Positions 1 through 10,362 of a DNA stretch of 64,000 nucleotides are shown here, in pieces. Source of the DNA: Pseudomonadota bacterium. Its GTDB lineage: Bacteria; Pseudomonadota; Gammaproteobacteria; Burkholderiales; Burkholderiaceae_C. Both the position numbers and the translations under genes were made by a program. Under the pieces are notes generated by a model. It saw only the letters and a list, made by a program, of their open reading frames with translations. It was not told the DNA's origin and did not search any database. Location: positions 9,857-73,856 of the forward strand of contig JAJXTO010000012.1 of the NCBI GenBank assembly GCA_021783695.1, written 5' to 3'. Position 1 is the first letter of the stretch. Every line of letters begins with the position of its first letter.

Positions 1-1481
1 AACTTGAGGTCTTCCTGGGTGTAGCCGAAGGCCTGCTGGCGGTCGAGCAGCGCAATGGGCGAGGGCTCGGCATGGCCGAGGTGATCGAGATCGTCGATGC
101 GGATGCGCAGGTTCTCGATCCACTGGCCATAGGGGCGTGCCGCGGCGAGCTGGCTCTTGATTTCCTTGTCGTCGATGATGCGCCCGGCTTCCATGTCGAT
201 CAGGAACATCTTGCCCGGCTGCAGCCGCCACTTCTTGACGATGTGGCTCTCAGAAATGGGCAGCACGCCCGACTCGGACGCCATGACGACCAGATCGTCA
301 TCGGTCACGATGTAGCGCGCCGGGCGCAGGCCGTTGCGGTCCAGCGTGGCCCCGATCTGGCGGCCGTCGGTGAAGGCGATGGCCGCTGGGCCGTCCCAAG
401 GCTCCATCATCGCCGCGTGGTACTCGTAGAACGCGCGGCGGCGCGGGTCCATCAGCGTGTGCTGTTCCCACGCCTCGGGAATCATCATCATCATCGCGTG
501 CGACAGCGGATAGCCCGCCATCACCAGCAGCTCCAGGCAGTTGTCGAAGCTCGCGGTATCGCTCTGACCGGGGTAGATCAGCGGCCAGAGCTTTTGCAGA
601 TCGCGGCCCAGCACCGGCGACGACACCGCACCTTCGCGCGCCCGCATCCAGTTGTAGTTGCCCTTGACCGTGTTGATCTCGCCGTTGTGCGCCACCAGCC
701 GGTACGGGTGGGCCAGCGGCCATTCGGGGAACGTGTTGGTGGAAAAGCGCTGGTGGACGAGGGCCAGCGCCGAGACCACGCGCGGGTCTTTGAGGTCTTT
801 GTAGTACTCGCCCACCTGATCGGCCAGCAGCAGTCCCTTGTAAACGATGGTGCGCGCCGACATGGACGGCACGAAATATTCCTTGCCGTGACGCAGCGCG
901 AGTTGCTGAATGGCGTGGCTGGCAGTCTTGCGAATGACGAACAGCTTGCGCTCCAGCGCGTCGGTGACCATCACATCGGGCCCGCGGCCGATGAACACCT
1001 GGCGGATCACCGGCTCCTTGGCGCGCACCGTAGGCGACATGGGCATCTCGGTATCGACCGGCACGTCGCGCCAGCCGAGCAACACCTGCCCTTCGGCGCG
1101 CACCGCGCGCTCGATCTCCTGCTCGCACGCCAGGCGCGAAGCCTCCTCGCGCGGCAGGAAGATCATGCCCACGCCATACTCGCCATAGGGCGGCAGCTCC
1201 ACGCCCTGCGCCGCCATTTCGGCGCGGAAGAAGGCGTCTGGAATCTGAATCAGGATGCCCGCGCCGTCGCCCATGAGTTTGTCCGCGCCGACGGCGCCGC
1301 GGTGGTCGAGGTTTTTCAGGATGAGCAGACCGTTCTGCACGATGTCGTGCGATTTGGCCCCCTTGATGTGCGCCACGAAGCCCACGCCGCAGGCGTCGTG
1401 CTCGTTTTGCGGGCAATACAGACCATCGCGCGACAGGGCGGCGATTTCAGAAGATGAGGCGGGCGTTTGGGACGTGGGCAT
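1..1481 (-). CDS. gltB: Glutamate synthase large subunit, 5' part (runs off the window start)
   Basis: Manual translation from ATG at 1481: MPTSQTP...GLYCPQNEHDA-CGVGFVAHIKG (Ntn amidotransferase Cys1), followed by HQRFSTNTFP and AHNGEINT motifs. Absent from the ORF track because there is no stop in the window. Confidence 0.96.
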   Translation of the reverse strand, partial: MPTSQTPASSSEIAALSRDGLYCPQNEHDACGVGFVAHIKGAKSHDIVQNGLLILKNLDHRGAVGADKLMGDGAGILIQIPDAFFRAEMAAQGVELPPYGEYGVGMIFLPREEASRLACEQEIERAVRAEGQVLLGWRDVPVDTEMPMSPTVRAKEPVIRQVFIGRGPDVMVTDALERKLFVIRKTASHAIQQLALRHGKEYFVPSMSARTIVYKGLLLADQVGEYYKDLKDPRVVSALALVHQRFSTNTFPEWPLAHPYRLVAHNGEINTVKGNYNWMRAREGAVSSPVLGRDLQKLWPLIYPGQSDTASFDNCLELLVMAGYPLSHAMMMMIPEAWEQHTLMDPRRRAFYEYHAAMMEPWDGPAAIAFTDGRQIGATLDRNGLRPARYIVTDDDLVVMASESGVLPISESHIVKKWRLQPGKMFLIDMEAGRIIDDKEIKSQLAAARPYGQWIENLRIRIDDLDHLGHAEPSPIALLDRQQAFGYTQEDLK

Positions 1482-1553
1482 GGAAGGCTCCGCGATGGAT
1501 CGACAAGAGAACGCGAATTTACTGCATCGCAGCAGGCGATGCAACAAAAACTC

Positions 1554-1638
1554 TTTAATCCGTCCCTATTAAATTCTGTGATCGATTTCTCGTTTGGCTT
1601 TTTGGGGACAGATTAAAACATCGTGGCCTGCCTGTCCT
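1554..1638. repeat. Imperfect inverted repeats of GGGGACAG type between the RAYT-like gene and gltB
   Basis: TTTAATCCGTCCC (1554-1566) pairs with GGGACAGATTAAA (1605-1617) with one mismatch; a third degenerate half CTGTCCT lies at 1632-1638. Confidence 0.7.
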
Positions 1639-2366
1639 CAAGCAACTTTCATGCGAGGCCGTCCGCGCCGCGCGGGCAAAACGCGCCGCCCACTGCTGGC
1701 TTCGAGTTGCTGCAAAAACGCCGCATCGCCTACCGCCGTGCCGCGGCGCAAGGCGCTTTCCAGTGCGGCCTCGCAGGCTGCGCTGTGCCCTTGCTGAAGC
1801 CGCTGGCGGTAAGCCGCCTCACGTTCAAACGGTGTATTGCCCAGGCTCCAATAGGCTGTGGGCAAAGACATCACAGGCGCAGACGCGCCAGCGAGCGTCT
1901 CACCGCAATGGGCGGCGCGGCTGCTCCAGCGCCAGGCGGCCACCGCGGCAATGCCTGCGGTGTGCTCGGCAGCGCGGTCGATCCAGACCATCGCCGCCAA
2001 CTCCCACTCGCCCGGCTGGACCACGGCGCTGCGAAAACGCCCCGCCCAGACGGGCGCACGCGCCGAGGAAGGCAGCGCTGCCGCATCCGCGCCTGCGCGC
2101 TCCTGCGCCCGGCTGGTGCGTCGCGCCAGTCCTTGCACAAAAGCGGAGAGCTCTGGCGCCGAATCGGGCGTGAGCAGCAGCCAGACGGCTTGCGGCAGCA
2201 CCGCATAGGCGTGCAGGCGCACCGCCGACGCGTCCAGCCCCTCGCGCATCCAGAGCAGAAAACGATCGCGTTGCAACGCGGACGCCAGCGGCTGCGCGCC
2301 GGCAACGGCCTGCAACTGGACCAGGTGCGCGTGTCCGGGGCTGATCAGGCGGGCCTGACGCGCCAT
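1638..2366 (-). CDS. REP-associated tyrosine transposase (RAYT/Y1 HUH) homologue with substituted catalytic residues
   Basis: Family scaffold present: MAR.AR...PG..H, HAYAVLP..V.LLLTP, W.GRFRS, WRWSS, YWSLGNTPFEREAAY, C-terminal RGRPR. The HUH motif reads AVW and the catalytic Tyr position is Trp. Confidence 0.8.
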   Translation of the reverse strand: MARQARLISPGHAHLVQLQAVAGAQPLASALQRDRFLLWMREGLDASAVRLHAYAVLPQAVWLLLTPDSAPELSAFVQGLARRTSRAQERAGADAAALPSSARAPVWAGRFRSAVVQPGEWELAAMVWIDRAAEHTAGIAAVAAWRWSSRAAHCGETLAGASAPVMSLPTAYWSLGNTPFEREAAYRQRLQQGHSAACEAALESALRRGTAVGDAAFLQQLEASSGRRVLPARRGRPRMKVA

Positions 2367-2375
2367 GAAAACGCG

Positions 2376-2699
2376 TCAGTGCTGCGCGCCGCGGCGCAGC
2401 GCATCGATCTGATCGAGCAGATCGAGCACCAGCGCCGTGGCAGCGGCGTTGAGTTCCAGATCGCGCTGCAGACGCACGGCACGGCGCGCACGGCTCAACG
2501 CCTCTCCGCTGAACCGCCACTGCGCGAGTTGCGTGGCCGAGCGCATGGAGGGCAGGAGATCGATCACCCCTTCCTCCACCAGATGCACGATCTGCGTGCG
2601 CTCCACCCGACAGACCGCGCAGAGATCATCCATGCTGACTTCGACCTGCTCTTCCAGAACGATGCCGCGCAGCGGCGCTGAGGTGTCGGAGGTGCTCAT
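2376..2699 (-). CDS. cbpM: Chaperone modulator CbpM
   Basis: 107 aa with LVEEGVI...RARRAVRLQRDLELN...LVLDLLDQI; overlaps the cbpA stop. Confidence 0.9.
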   Translation of the reverse strand: MSTSDTSAPLRGIVLEEQVEVSMDDLCAVCRVERTQIVHLVEEGVIDLLPSMRSATQLAQWRFSGEALSRARRAVRLQRDLELNAAATALVLDLLDQIDALRRGAQH

Positions 2700-3655
2700 G
2701 CCTTGGCTCCTTGCTTGAGATGGGCGCGCGGGTTGAACGCGGAAAAGCTGTCATGCAGCCGTTGATAGGCCGCCCGCGCCGCGTCGGAATCGGCCGGCGG
2801 CAGTGCGATCTGCGTGACCACATACAAATCTCCTGGCGTCGCCCCCGGTATGCCGCGGCCCTTGAGCCGCAGGCGGCGGCCGGAGGCGCTGCCCGGAGGA
2901 ATTTTCAACTCGATCAGCCCAACCGGAGTCGGCGCCTGCACTTCGGCTCCAAGCGCGGCCTCCCAAGGCGCCAGCGGCAGATCGACGAACACGTCGCGCC
3001 CTTCGACACGGTAGATTCCGTGCGGATTGAAGGCGATTTCCAGATACAGATCGCCCGCGCTGCCCTCGCCCAGTCCCGGCGCGCCCTGGCCCGCCAGACG
3101 AATGTGCTGCCCGGCGCGCACGCCTTTGGGAATCTGCACCTGCAGGGTGCGCTCGCGCGCGACCACATGGCCCTGCGCGTCCACCTCGGGCATGCGCAGG
3201 GTGAGGGTGCGCACGGCGCCGCTGTAGGCATCTTCCAGATCGATCAGCACCTGGGCGTGATGATCCTGGCCGCGCAGATGCATGCCCTGCGCGCCGGCGG
3301 CTGACCGCCGCGCGGAACGGCTGCGGGCAAACAGGGTCTCGAAAAAATCGCTGAAATCCGCCTCGTTGTCCGGCATGCCGCCGCGCTGCTCGAAGCCCGC
3401 GCCCCAGCCCGGAGGCGGCTGAAAGTCTTGTCCGGCGCGCCAGTTGCTGCCGAGCTGATCGTATGCGGCGCGCTTTTCCGGGTCCTTCAGCACTTCGTAG
3501 GCTTCGCCCAGTTCCTTGAACTTGGCCTCGGCCCCTGCTTCCTTGTTGACATCCGGGTGGTATTTGCGGGCGAGCTTGCGGTAGGCGCGCTTGATGTCAT
3601 CCTGCGTCGCGCTGCGCTCCACGCCCATGACCTTGTAGTAATCCTTGTAGTCCAT
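2696..3655 (-). CDS. cbpA: DnaJ-class curved DNA-binding protein CbpA
   Basis: MDYKDYY J-domain with HPD, DnaJ C-terminal domain, no Zn-finger repeats; paired with cbpM. Confidence 0.92.
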   Translation of the reverse strand: MDYKDYYKVMGVERSATQDDIKRAYRKLARKYHPDVNKEAGAEAKFKELGEAYEVLKDPEKRAAYDQLGSNWRAGQDFQPPPGWGAGFEQRGGMPDNEADFSDFFETLFARSRSARRSAAGAQGMHLRGQDHHAQVLIDLEDAYSGAVRTLTLRMPEVDAQGHVVARERTLQVQIPKGVRAGQHIRLAGQGAPGLGEGSAGDLYLEIAFNPHGIYRVEGRDVFVDLPLAPWEAALGAEVQAPTPVGLIELKIPPGSASGRRLRLKGRGIPGATPGDLYVVTQIALPPADSDAARAAYQRLHDSFSAFNPRAHLKQGAKA

Positions 3656-3690
3656 CGTGCGTTCCTGTGCGGAGAATGAGTTGTCAGAGG

Positions 3691-3718
3691 AAATGGGGAC
3701 GGAAACTGAATTTGCAAA
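3691..3718 (-). promoter_or_regulatory. Putative sigma32 promoter of cbpA-cbpM
   Basis: Minus strand TTTGCAA-N13-CCCCATTT, close to the RpoH consensus CTTGAAA-N13/14-CCCCATNT, 35 nt upstream of a chaperone gene. Confidence 0.65.
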
Positions 3719-3948
3719 ATGCCGGGCGCAATTCTCCGCTGCATCGGCACCTCGCCACCACCGCACATCCTGCTCGCCTAGAATACGGGTCCTATGAATC
3801 CGCTGCGGCAGGCAGTCGTCCTGCGAATCCCTTGGCGGAACTCTGCGCGGGCATCAACACCCGCCCGTTGACACGGTCAACGTCCGAGCCGGTTTCACCT
3901 GATGTCCGGCTTCTCCATTTTCCATCGCCGCCATCACACACCGCACGG

Positions 3949-5424
<1,476 letters not shown>

Positions 5425-5443
5425 GCCGCCGTCTCCCGACGAT

Positions 5444-7465
5444 TCAGGCTTTTTTCGGCGCCTCGTCCGCGCGGGGCAGCAGCTTGAACTCCGAGGAGGC
5501 CGCAGGCTCCGACGCCTCTTCTGCCGACGGTGTGTCGAGCGGCAGCTCGAAGTCGAGGCTCAACCCTGCGGGTTCCAGACGCGTGGTGAGCTCGACATGC
5601 TCGATTGGCGCGCTGGTCGGGACAGTGTCCGGGAACAGATCGCGCGCCACCGTATAGAGCATCAACAGATCGCGGTACGCGGCCAGATCGAAGCCCATGT
5701 GGTGTTGCTTCGGATCGTCCAACAGCATGTGTTCGAGCACCGAGACGCTTTGCGGCTCGCCCCAGGCCAGGGTGATGAGTTTCATCGCGCGGTCATAGTC
5801 CAGCAGATCGCGGCCCTGCCCCTGCGCAGCGGCTGCGGCGTCCCAAGTCGGCACGGCGACATTGAAGCGCCGTCCAAACCGCCTGAAGAGCGATTCAAAT
5901 TCCTTTTTGCGGTCATGCTTGCGGTACAGATCGAACAGCAGCAGGTACGGCAGGGCAAAGCTGTCGCTCGCGCTGTCGTCAAGCGATTTTTCGAGCAGAT
6001 CCATGGCACGGTCGTCGTCGCCCATCTCGATGAAATACTCGGCCAGATGGCCCGCATCCATCAGCTCGTCGACATGCACCTGCTTGTCTGGGCTCATGGG
6101 CTGAAGGAAGCGCGAATCCCAGTCGAAACCTGAGTGGCCCCAGGTGCTCGGCGGCGGGGCGTCGAGATGCGGCGCGTCGATCTCGGGCTGCAAGGGACGC
6201 CCGTCCACCGAGGGCGGCAGACCGAAGGGCATGACCGGCGGCTGGATGGTGCTCGCCTGCGCAGACACGGACGTGGCGGAGGCAGTAGGCTCCGCCGCTG
6301 CAAACGGCATCTCAGCCGCTTGACTGGCGTGCGGCCTCGCCACGGAGGCGGGAACGAAGGGGCTCTGCGGCAGACCGGGATCAGCGCCTCTGCGCCACAG
6401 CCAGAAACTCAGCGCGCCCAGCGCCACCAGCGCGGCGACCAGGGCGTACACCACGCTGGCCGAATAGCGCTGCGCGCGCGCCAGCGCCAATTCGGACTGC
6501 GAACGCTGCAACTGCTGCGAGGCCTGCTCGAACTGCCGCTGCAGCACGTTGGCGCGGGCTTGCATGGCATTGATCTGCTGCAGTGTGGGCTGCGCTTCGC
6601 CCGGCGCCGCCGTCGCGTCCATGATGAGTTGGCGCAACTGCCCGAGCTGCGCGCGCTGCTCCGGGCTGAGGTTGGGCAGCGTCGCAGGCAGGGCGGTGGC
6701 CAGGCGCAATTCCGGGGAAGCCATCAGATCGGCCGCGCCCAGATCGTCCATTTCCAGACGGCTCTGCGCTGCCGGCTGAACCAAAACGGGACGGACGGGC
6801 GCACGCAGTTTCTGTTCCCTCTGGCGCAACACCGGGGGATGCAGTGCCTTTCTCTCGGCGTTGCGAACGGCCAGCGGCTTGCTCTCGCGCTGCGGCGGAC
6901 GCAGCGGCGGCACATTCCCGGCCTGTTCCGAGGTGGATACGCCGCCCCGCACCACAGGCTGCAACGGTCTGGACGGATTTTGTTGACCTGCGGACGGCGC
7001 GGCGGCAATCGCGCTGCCCGCGATCATCGGCAACTCCGGCGCCGGAGGATCGACCAGCAGGGTGTAGACCTGGGTGCGCTGAAACTGGCAGGCCAGATGC
7101 AGCCGCACGATGAGGATGGGTTCACGCAGCGGTTGCTGGCTGCGCAAGGCCAGGGTCAGCCCGTCGGCCGCGGGTTGGGAAGCGATGGCCAGGGCACCGA
7201 TGCTGCCAGCCGACTCACCCGCCTGGGCCTGCGCCTGCACGCAGGACAGCGGCAGCGACTCCCGCCCGTCGAGCCGCACCGGGATGTCCATCTGCAAGGG
7301 CCGTCCTAGTTCCGCCCGGGCTTGCGGCGCGCCGAGCATCAGGGCCCGCGCGGGATTGCTCAGCAGTGCCGACAACCCAAGCGCAAAAACGCACAGGCGC
7401 AGGGAAAAGGCGAGCGCCGTGCGTGGCTTGCAGGACGGGTTGAATTGGCGAAAAACGGTGAGCAT
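5444..7465 (-). CDS. FimV-like membrane protein (start uncertain)
   Basis: Signal peptide, FimV N-terminal-like segment (LG.P....LGRPL..DIP...YTLLVDPP), coiled coil, one TM helix, acidic TPR-like cytoplasmic C-terminus. Confidence 0.7.
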   Translation of the reverse strand: MLTVFRQFNPSCKPRTALAFSLRLCVFALGLSALLSNPARALMLGAPQARAELGRPLQMDIPVRLDGRESLPLSCVQAQAQAGESAGSIGALAIASQPAADGLTLALRSQQPLREPILIVRLHLACQFQRTQVYTLLVDPPAPELPMIAGSAIAAAPSAGQQNPSRPLQPVVRGGVSTSEQAGNVPPLRPPQRESKPLAVRNAERKALHPPVLRQREQKLRAPVRPVLVQPAAQSRLEMDDLGAADLMASPELRLATALPATLPNLSPEQRAQLGQLRQLIMDATAAPGEAQPTLQQINAMQARANVLQRQFEQASQQLQRSQSELALARAQRYSASVVYALVAALVALGALSFWLWRRGADPGLPQSPFVPASVARPHASQAAEMPFAAAEPTASATSVSAQASTIQPPVMPFGLPPSVDGRPLQPEIDAPHLDAPPPSTWGHSGFDWDSRFLQPMSPDKQVHVDELMDAGHLAEYFIEMGDDDRAMDLLEKSLDDSASDSFALPYLLLFDLYRKHDRKKEFESLFRRFGRRFNVAVPTWDAAAAAQGQGRDLLDYDRAMKLITLAWGEPQSVSVLEHMLLDDPKQHHMGFDLAAYRDLLMLYTVARDLFPDTVPTSAPIEHVELTTRLEPAGLSLDFELPLDTPSAEEASEPAASSEFKLLPRADEAPKKA

Positions 7466-7686
7466 CGCAGCGAAAAATGAAGAACACGCATCCAAATGTG
7501 TCAAATACTTGAAAAGCAATGTATCACGCGCATTTCGGCGCGATTGATGCGCGCTGATCACCGATGAATAGCATGTGAAAAATTTAACAATCGCCCGATT
7601 TTTTGTCGGAATCCCACCACAGGATTCAGGAACATGCTGCGGCCTGCATATGATGCGGGCACTCTCTTGAACAGACGCCTCAACGC

Positions 7687-8352
7687 ATGACTGCCGAACT
7701 CCGAGCCGAACGTCAGGGCGACTGCCTCGTGCTGCGCCTGCATCACCCCGAAACCCAAAACACCCTGACCGCCGCGCTCTGCGCTGCCGTGCTGGAGGCG
7801 CTCACCACCGCGCAGCGCGACGCCGAGATTCGCGCCGTGGTGCTCACCGGCACGCCGCGCCAGTTTTGCAGCGGCCTGCACGACACCGCCGCGCAAGAGT
7901 CGCTGCATGACTGCATCCTGGCGCTGCGCGACTGCGAGCCGCTGGTGGTCGGCGCGCTGGAGGGACAGGCGCGCGGCGCCGGTGCGGCGCTCGCACTGGC
8001 CTGCGATCTGCTGGTTGCCGCCGAGGATGCGCAGTTGCAGCTGACCGATCTTCTGCTGCCTGGACAGGATGTCGGCGGCGCGCAATGGCTGGCCGCACAA
8101 CTGCTGCCGCGCACCGTCTGCAATGAGGCCGCCCTGCCCGGTCTGGGTCTGAACGCCGCACGCCTGCATCAGCTCGGCGTGGTCAACCGGCTTTGCCCGC
8201 CGGGCTTCAGCCTGCAGACCGCGCTGCAACTCATCGAGACCATCCCCTCGGTTCCCGGCGGGCCGCGCAAGGCCTTGCCCAGCCCGCCGTGGCAAAGCTG
8301 CGAACTGCATGTGCATTTGAGCCGCCAGCTCCAGCAACCCGCGATCGACTGA
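7687..8352 (+). CDS. Enoyl-CoA hydratase/crotonase-fold protein, divergent and shortened
   Basis: RAVVLTG..FCSG, EG.ARGAGAALALACDLLVA and LGVVNRL motifs; only 221 aa. Confidence 0.7.
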   Translation: MTAELRAERQGDCLVLRLHHPETQNTLTAALCAAVLEALTTAQRDAEIRAVVLTGTPRQFCSGLHDTAAQESLHDCILALRDCEPLVVGALEGQARGAGAALALACDLLVAAEDAQLQLTDLLLPGQDVGGAQWLAAQLLPRTVCNEAALPGLGLNAARLHQLGVVNRLCPPGFSLQTALQLIETIPSVPGGPRKALPSPPWQSCELHVHLSRQLQQPAID

Positions 8353-8364
8353 CGCGACCGACGC

Positions 8365-9567
8365 ATGGAAACCGCGCCATCCCCCCGCGTCAGCACCCTG
8401 CAGACCCGGCTGCACCGCTTTTTGCAAACCGTGGTGCAGCCGCAGGAAAACAGCATGAATGCCGCCCTGCGCGCAGCGGCAGCGCAACCGGGACAGCCCA
8501 TCCACGCCCTGCTGGCCCCGATGCGGCAGAAGGCCCAGCTCGCTGGGCTGTGGAACCTGTTCCTCCCCGCCTCCACCCGCACCAGCCAGGGCCTGAGCCA
8601 TTGGGAATACGCGCCGATGATCGAAGCCATGGGGCGCATCGCCTGGGCTGCGGAGGTGTTCAACAGCGCCCAGCCCGACACCGGCAATATGCAACTGCTC
8701 GACAGCTACGCCAGCGAGCCGATGAAAGACGCCTGGCTCGACCCGCTGTTGCGCGCGGAAACCCGCAGCGCCTGGGCCGCCGCCGAGCCCGACGCCGATC
8801 TCCACCGCCCCGATTCCTTGCACACCCAGGCCGTCCGCGAAGGCGATGATTGGGTGCTGAACGGCCACAAAACCTGGGTGCAGGGCATGCTCGATCCGCG
8901 TACCGCCTGTCTGCTGGTGCTGTGCCGCACCGATGTCCAGGCCCCGCTGCACCGCCAGTTCAGCGTGCTGCTCGTCCCCATCAACACCGATGGCGTGCGC
9001 ATCGGGCGGCAGTTGCATGGCTGGGGCGTGGGGCAGTCCGCTCTGGCGGAAGTCCTTTTCGACAATGCCCGCGTGTCAGCGCGGCATCTGGTCGGTCAGA
9101 CCGGGCAGGGCCTGGAAATGCTGCAGGCACGGCAGCGCATCGTCGGTCTGCATGAAGCGTTATGGAGTCTGGGCGCAGCCGAACGCGCGCTGGATCTGAT
9201 GGTCGAGCGGCTGCAGACCCGGCGTATGGGCGAGCAGCTGGCGGTGCATCATCCCGTGTGGCAACAGCGCATCGCGCACGCCCGCACCGGCCTGGACACC
9301 ACCCGCATGCTTGCGCGGCGCAGCGCCTGGCAACTCGACCAGAACGGCGGCGATCTGCCACCGCAGGAACTCGCCATGCTGCAAAGCCTGGCACTGCCGC
9401 TGGCGCAGACCACCCTGCACTGGAGCATCGTGGCGCATGAGGCCGATGCGCTGGGCGATGCGCTGCCGCTGGCCGGGCTATCCGCGCACCTGCGGCTGAT
9501 GCAGCAGCTTGCGCCGCCGGTCGAAGCCCTTCACGCCCAGATCGCGCACGGTGAATTGCTGCGCTGA
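8365..9567 (+). CDS. Acyl-CoA dehydrogenase family protein, divergent
   Basis: GLWNLFLP, EVFN..PDTGNM, WVLNGHK and LGAAERAL motifs; flavin and catalytic motifs are degenerate. Confidence 0.8.
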   Translation: METAPSPRVSTLQTRLHRFLQTVVQPQENSMNAALRAAAAQPGQPIHALLAPMRQKAQLAGLWNLFLPASTRTSQGLSHWEYAPMIEAMGRIAWAAEVFNSAQPDTGNMQLLDSYASEPMKDAWLDPLLRAETRSAWAAAEPDADLHRPDSLHTQAVREGDDWVLNGHKTWVQGMLDPRTACLLVLCRTDVQAPLHRQFSVLLVPINTDGVRIGRQLHGWGVGQSALAEVLFDNARVSARHLVGQTGQGLEMLQARQRIVGLHEALWSLGAAERALDLMVERLQTRRMGEQLAVHHPVWQQRIAHARTGLDTTRMLARRSAWQLDQNGGDLPPQELAMLQSLALPLAQTTLHWSIVAHEADALGDALPLAGLSAHLRLMQQLAPPVEALHAQIAHGELLR

Positions 9568-9660
9568 GCCGCCCTGCAGTCAGGCGGCGAACGCAGCACA
9601 ATGTGATGGCATGTCGCCATCACATTCCCGTTCACCACGCCGCACAGACGGCACGCCGCC

Positions 9661-10353
9661 ATGATCGATCTCTACTCCTGGGCCACACCCAACGGCCACA
9701 AGATTCACATCCTGCTCGAAGAACTCGGCCTGCCGTACCGGGCGCACGCGGTCAATATCGGCCGCGGCGAGCAGTTTGCCCCCGAATTTCTCGCCATCAG
9801 TCCGAACAACAAGATTCCCGCCATCGTCGATCGCGACGGGCCGGGCGGTGCTCCCGTGAGCGTGTTCGAGTCGGGCGCCATCCTGCTGTACCTGGCCGAA
9901 AAGACCGGGCGCTTCCTCTCGACTGAACCGCGCGAGCGCATCGCCACCATCGAGTGGCTGATGTGGCAGATGGGCAGCATCGGCCCCATGCTGGGACAGG
10001 CGCATCACTTTCGCCAGTACGCGCCAGAAAAAATCCAGTACGCCATCGACCGCTACACCAACGAGGCGCGCCGGCTCTACGGCGTGCTGGACAAGCGGCT
10101 GGCATCGCAGCGCTACCTGGCGGGAGAGAATTACTCGATCGCCGACATCGCCACGTTTCCGTGGTGCCGCAGCGCGGCGAATCAGGGCATCGACTGGGCC
10201 GGGTTCCCCCACGCCAAGCGCTGGTTCGACGCCATTGCCGCACGGCCCGCGGTGCGGCGCGGTGTGCAGGTGCTGGCCGACATGCGCCCCCCGGAGATGG
10301 ACGCCACCGCCCGCGAGCACTTGTTCGGCAAGACACAGTACCAACCCCGCTGA
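9661..10353 (+). CDS. Glutathione S-transferase, YfcG/Nu class
   Basis: TPNG motif, SPNNKIPAI, FESGAILLYLAEK, YSIADIA. Confidence 0.92.
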   Translation: MIDLYSWATPNGHKIHILLEELGLPYRAHAVNIGRGEQFAPEFLAISPNNKIPAIVDRDGPGGAPVSVFESGAILLYLAEKTGRFLSTEPRERIATIEWLMWQMGSIGPMLGQAHHFRQYAPEKIQYAIDRYTNEARRLYGVLDKRLASQRYLAGENYSIADIATFPWCRSAANQGIDWAGFPHAKRWFDAIAARPAVRRGVQVLADMRPPEMDATAREHLFGKTQYQPR

Positions 10354-10362
10354 AAGACCGCC

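Noticed and set aside
72-1457. 461-aa plus-strand ORF and 372-aa minus-strand ORF over gltB
   Set aside because: Shadow frames of gltB in GC-rich DNA; the true frame carries the glutamate synthase motifs.
1638-2366. Active IS200/IS605 or REP-mobilising element
   Set aside because: No HUH or Tyr catalytic residues, no tnpB, and no flanking REP arrays seen.
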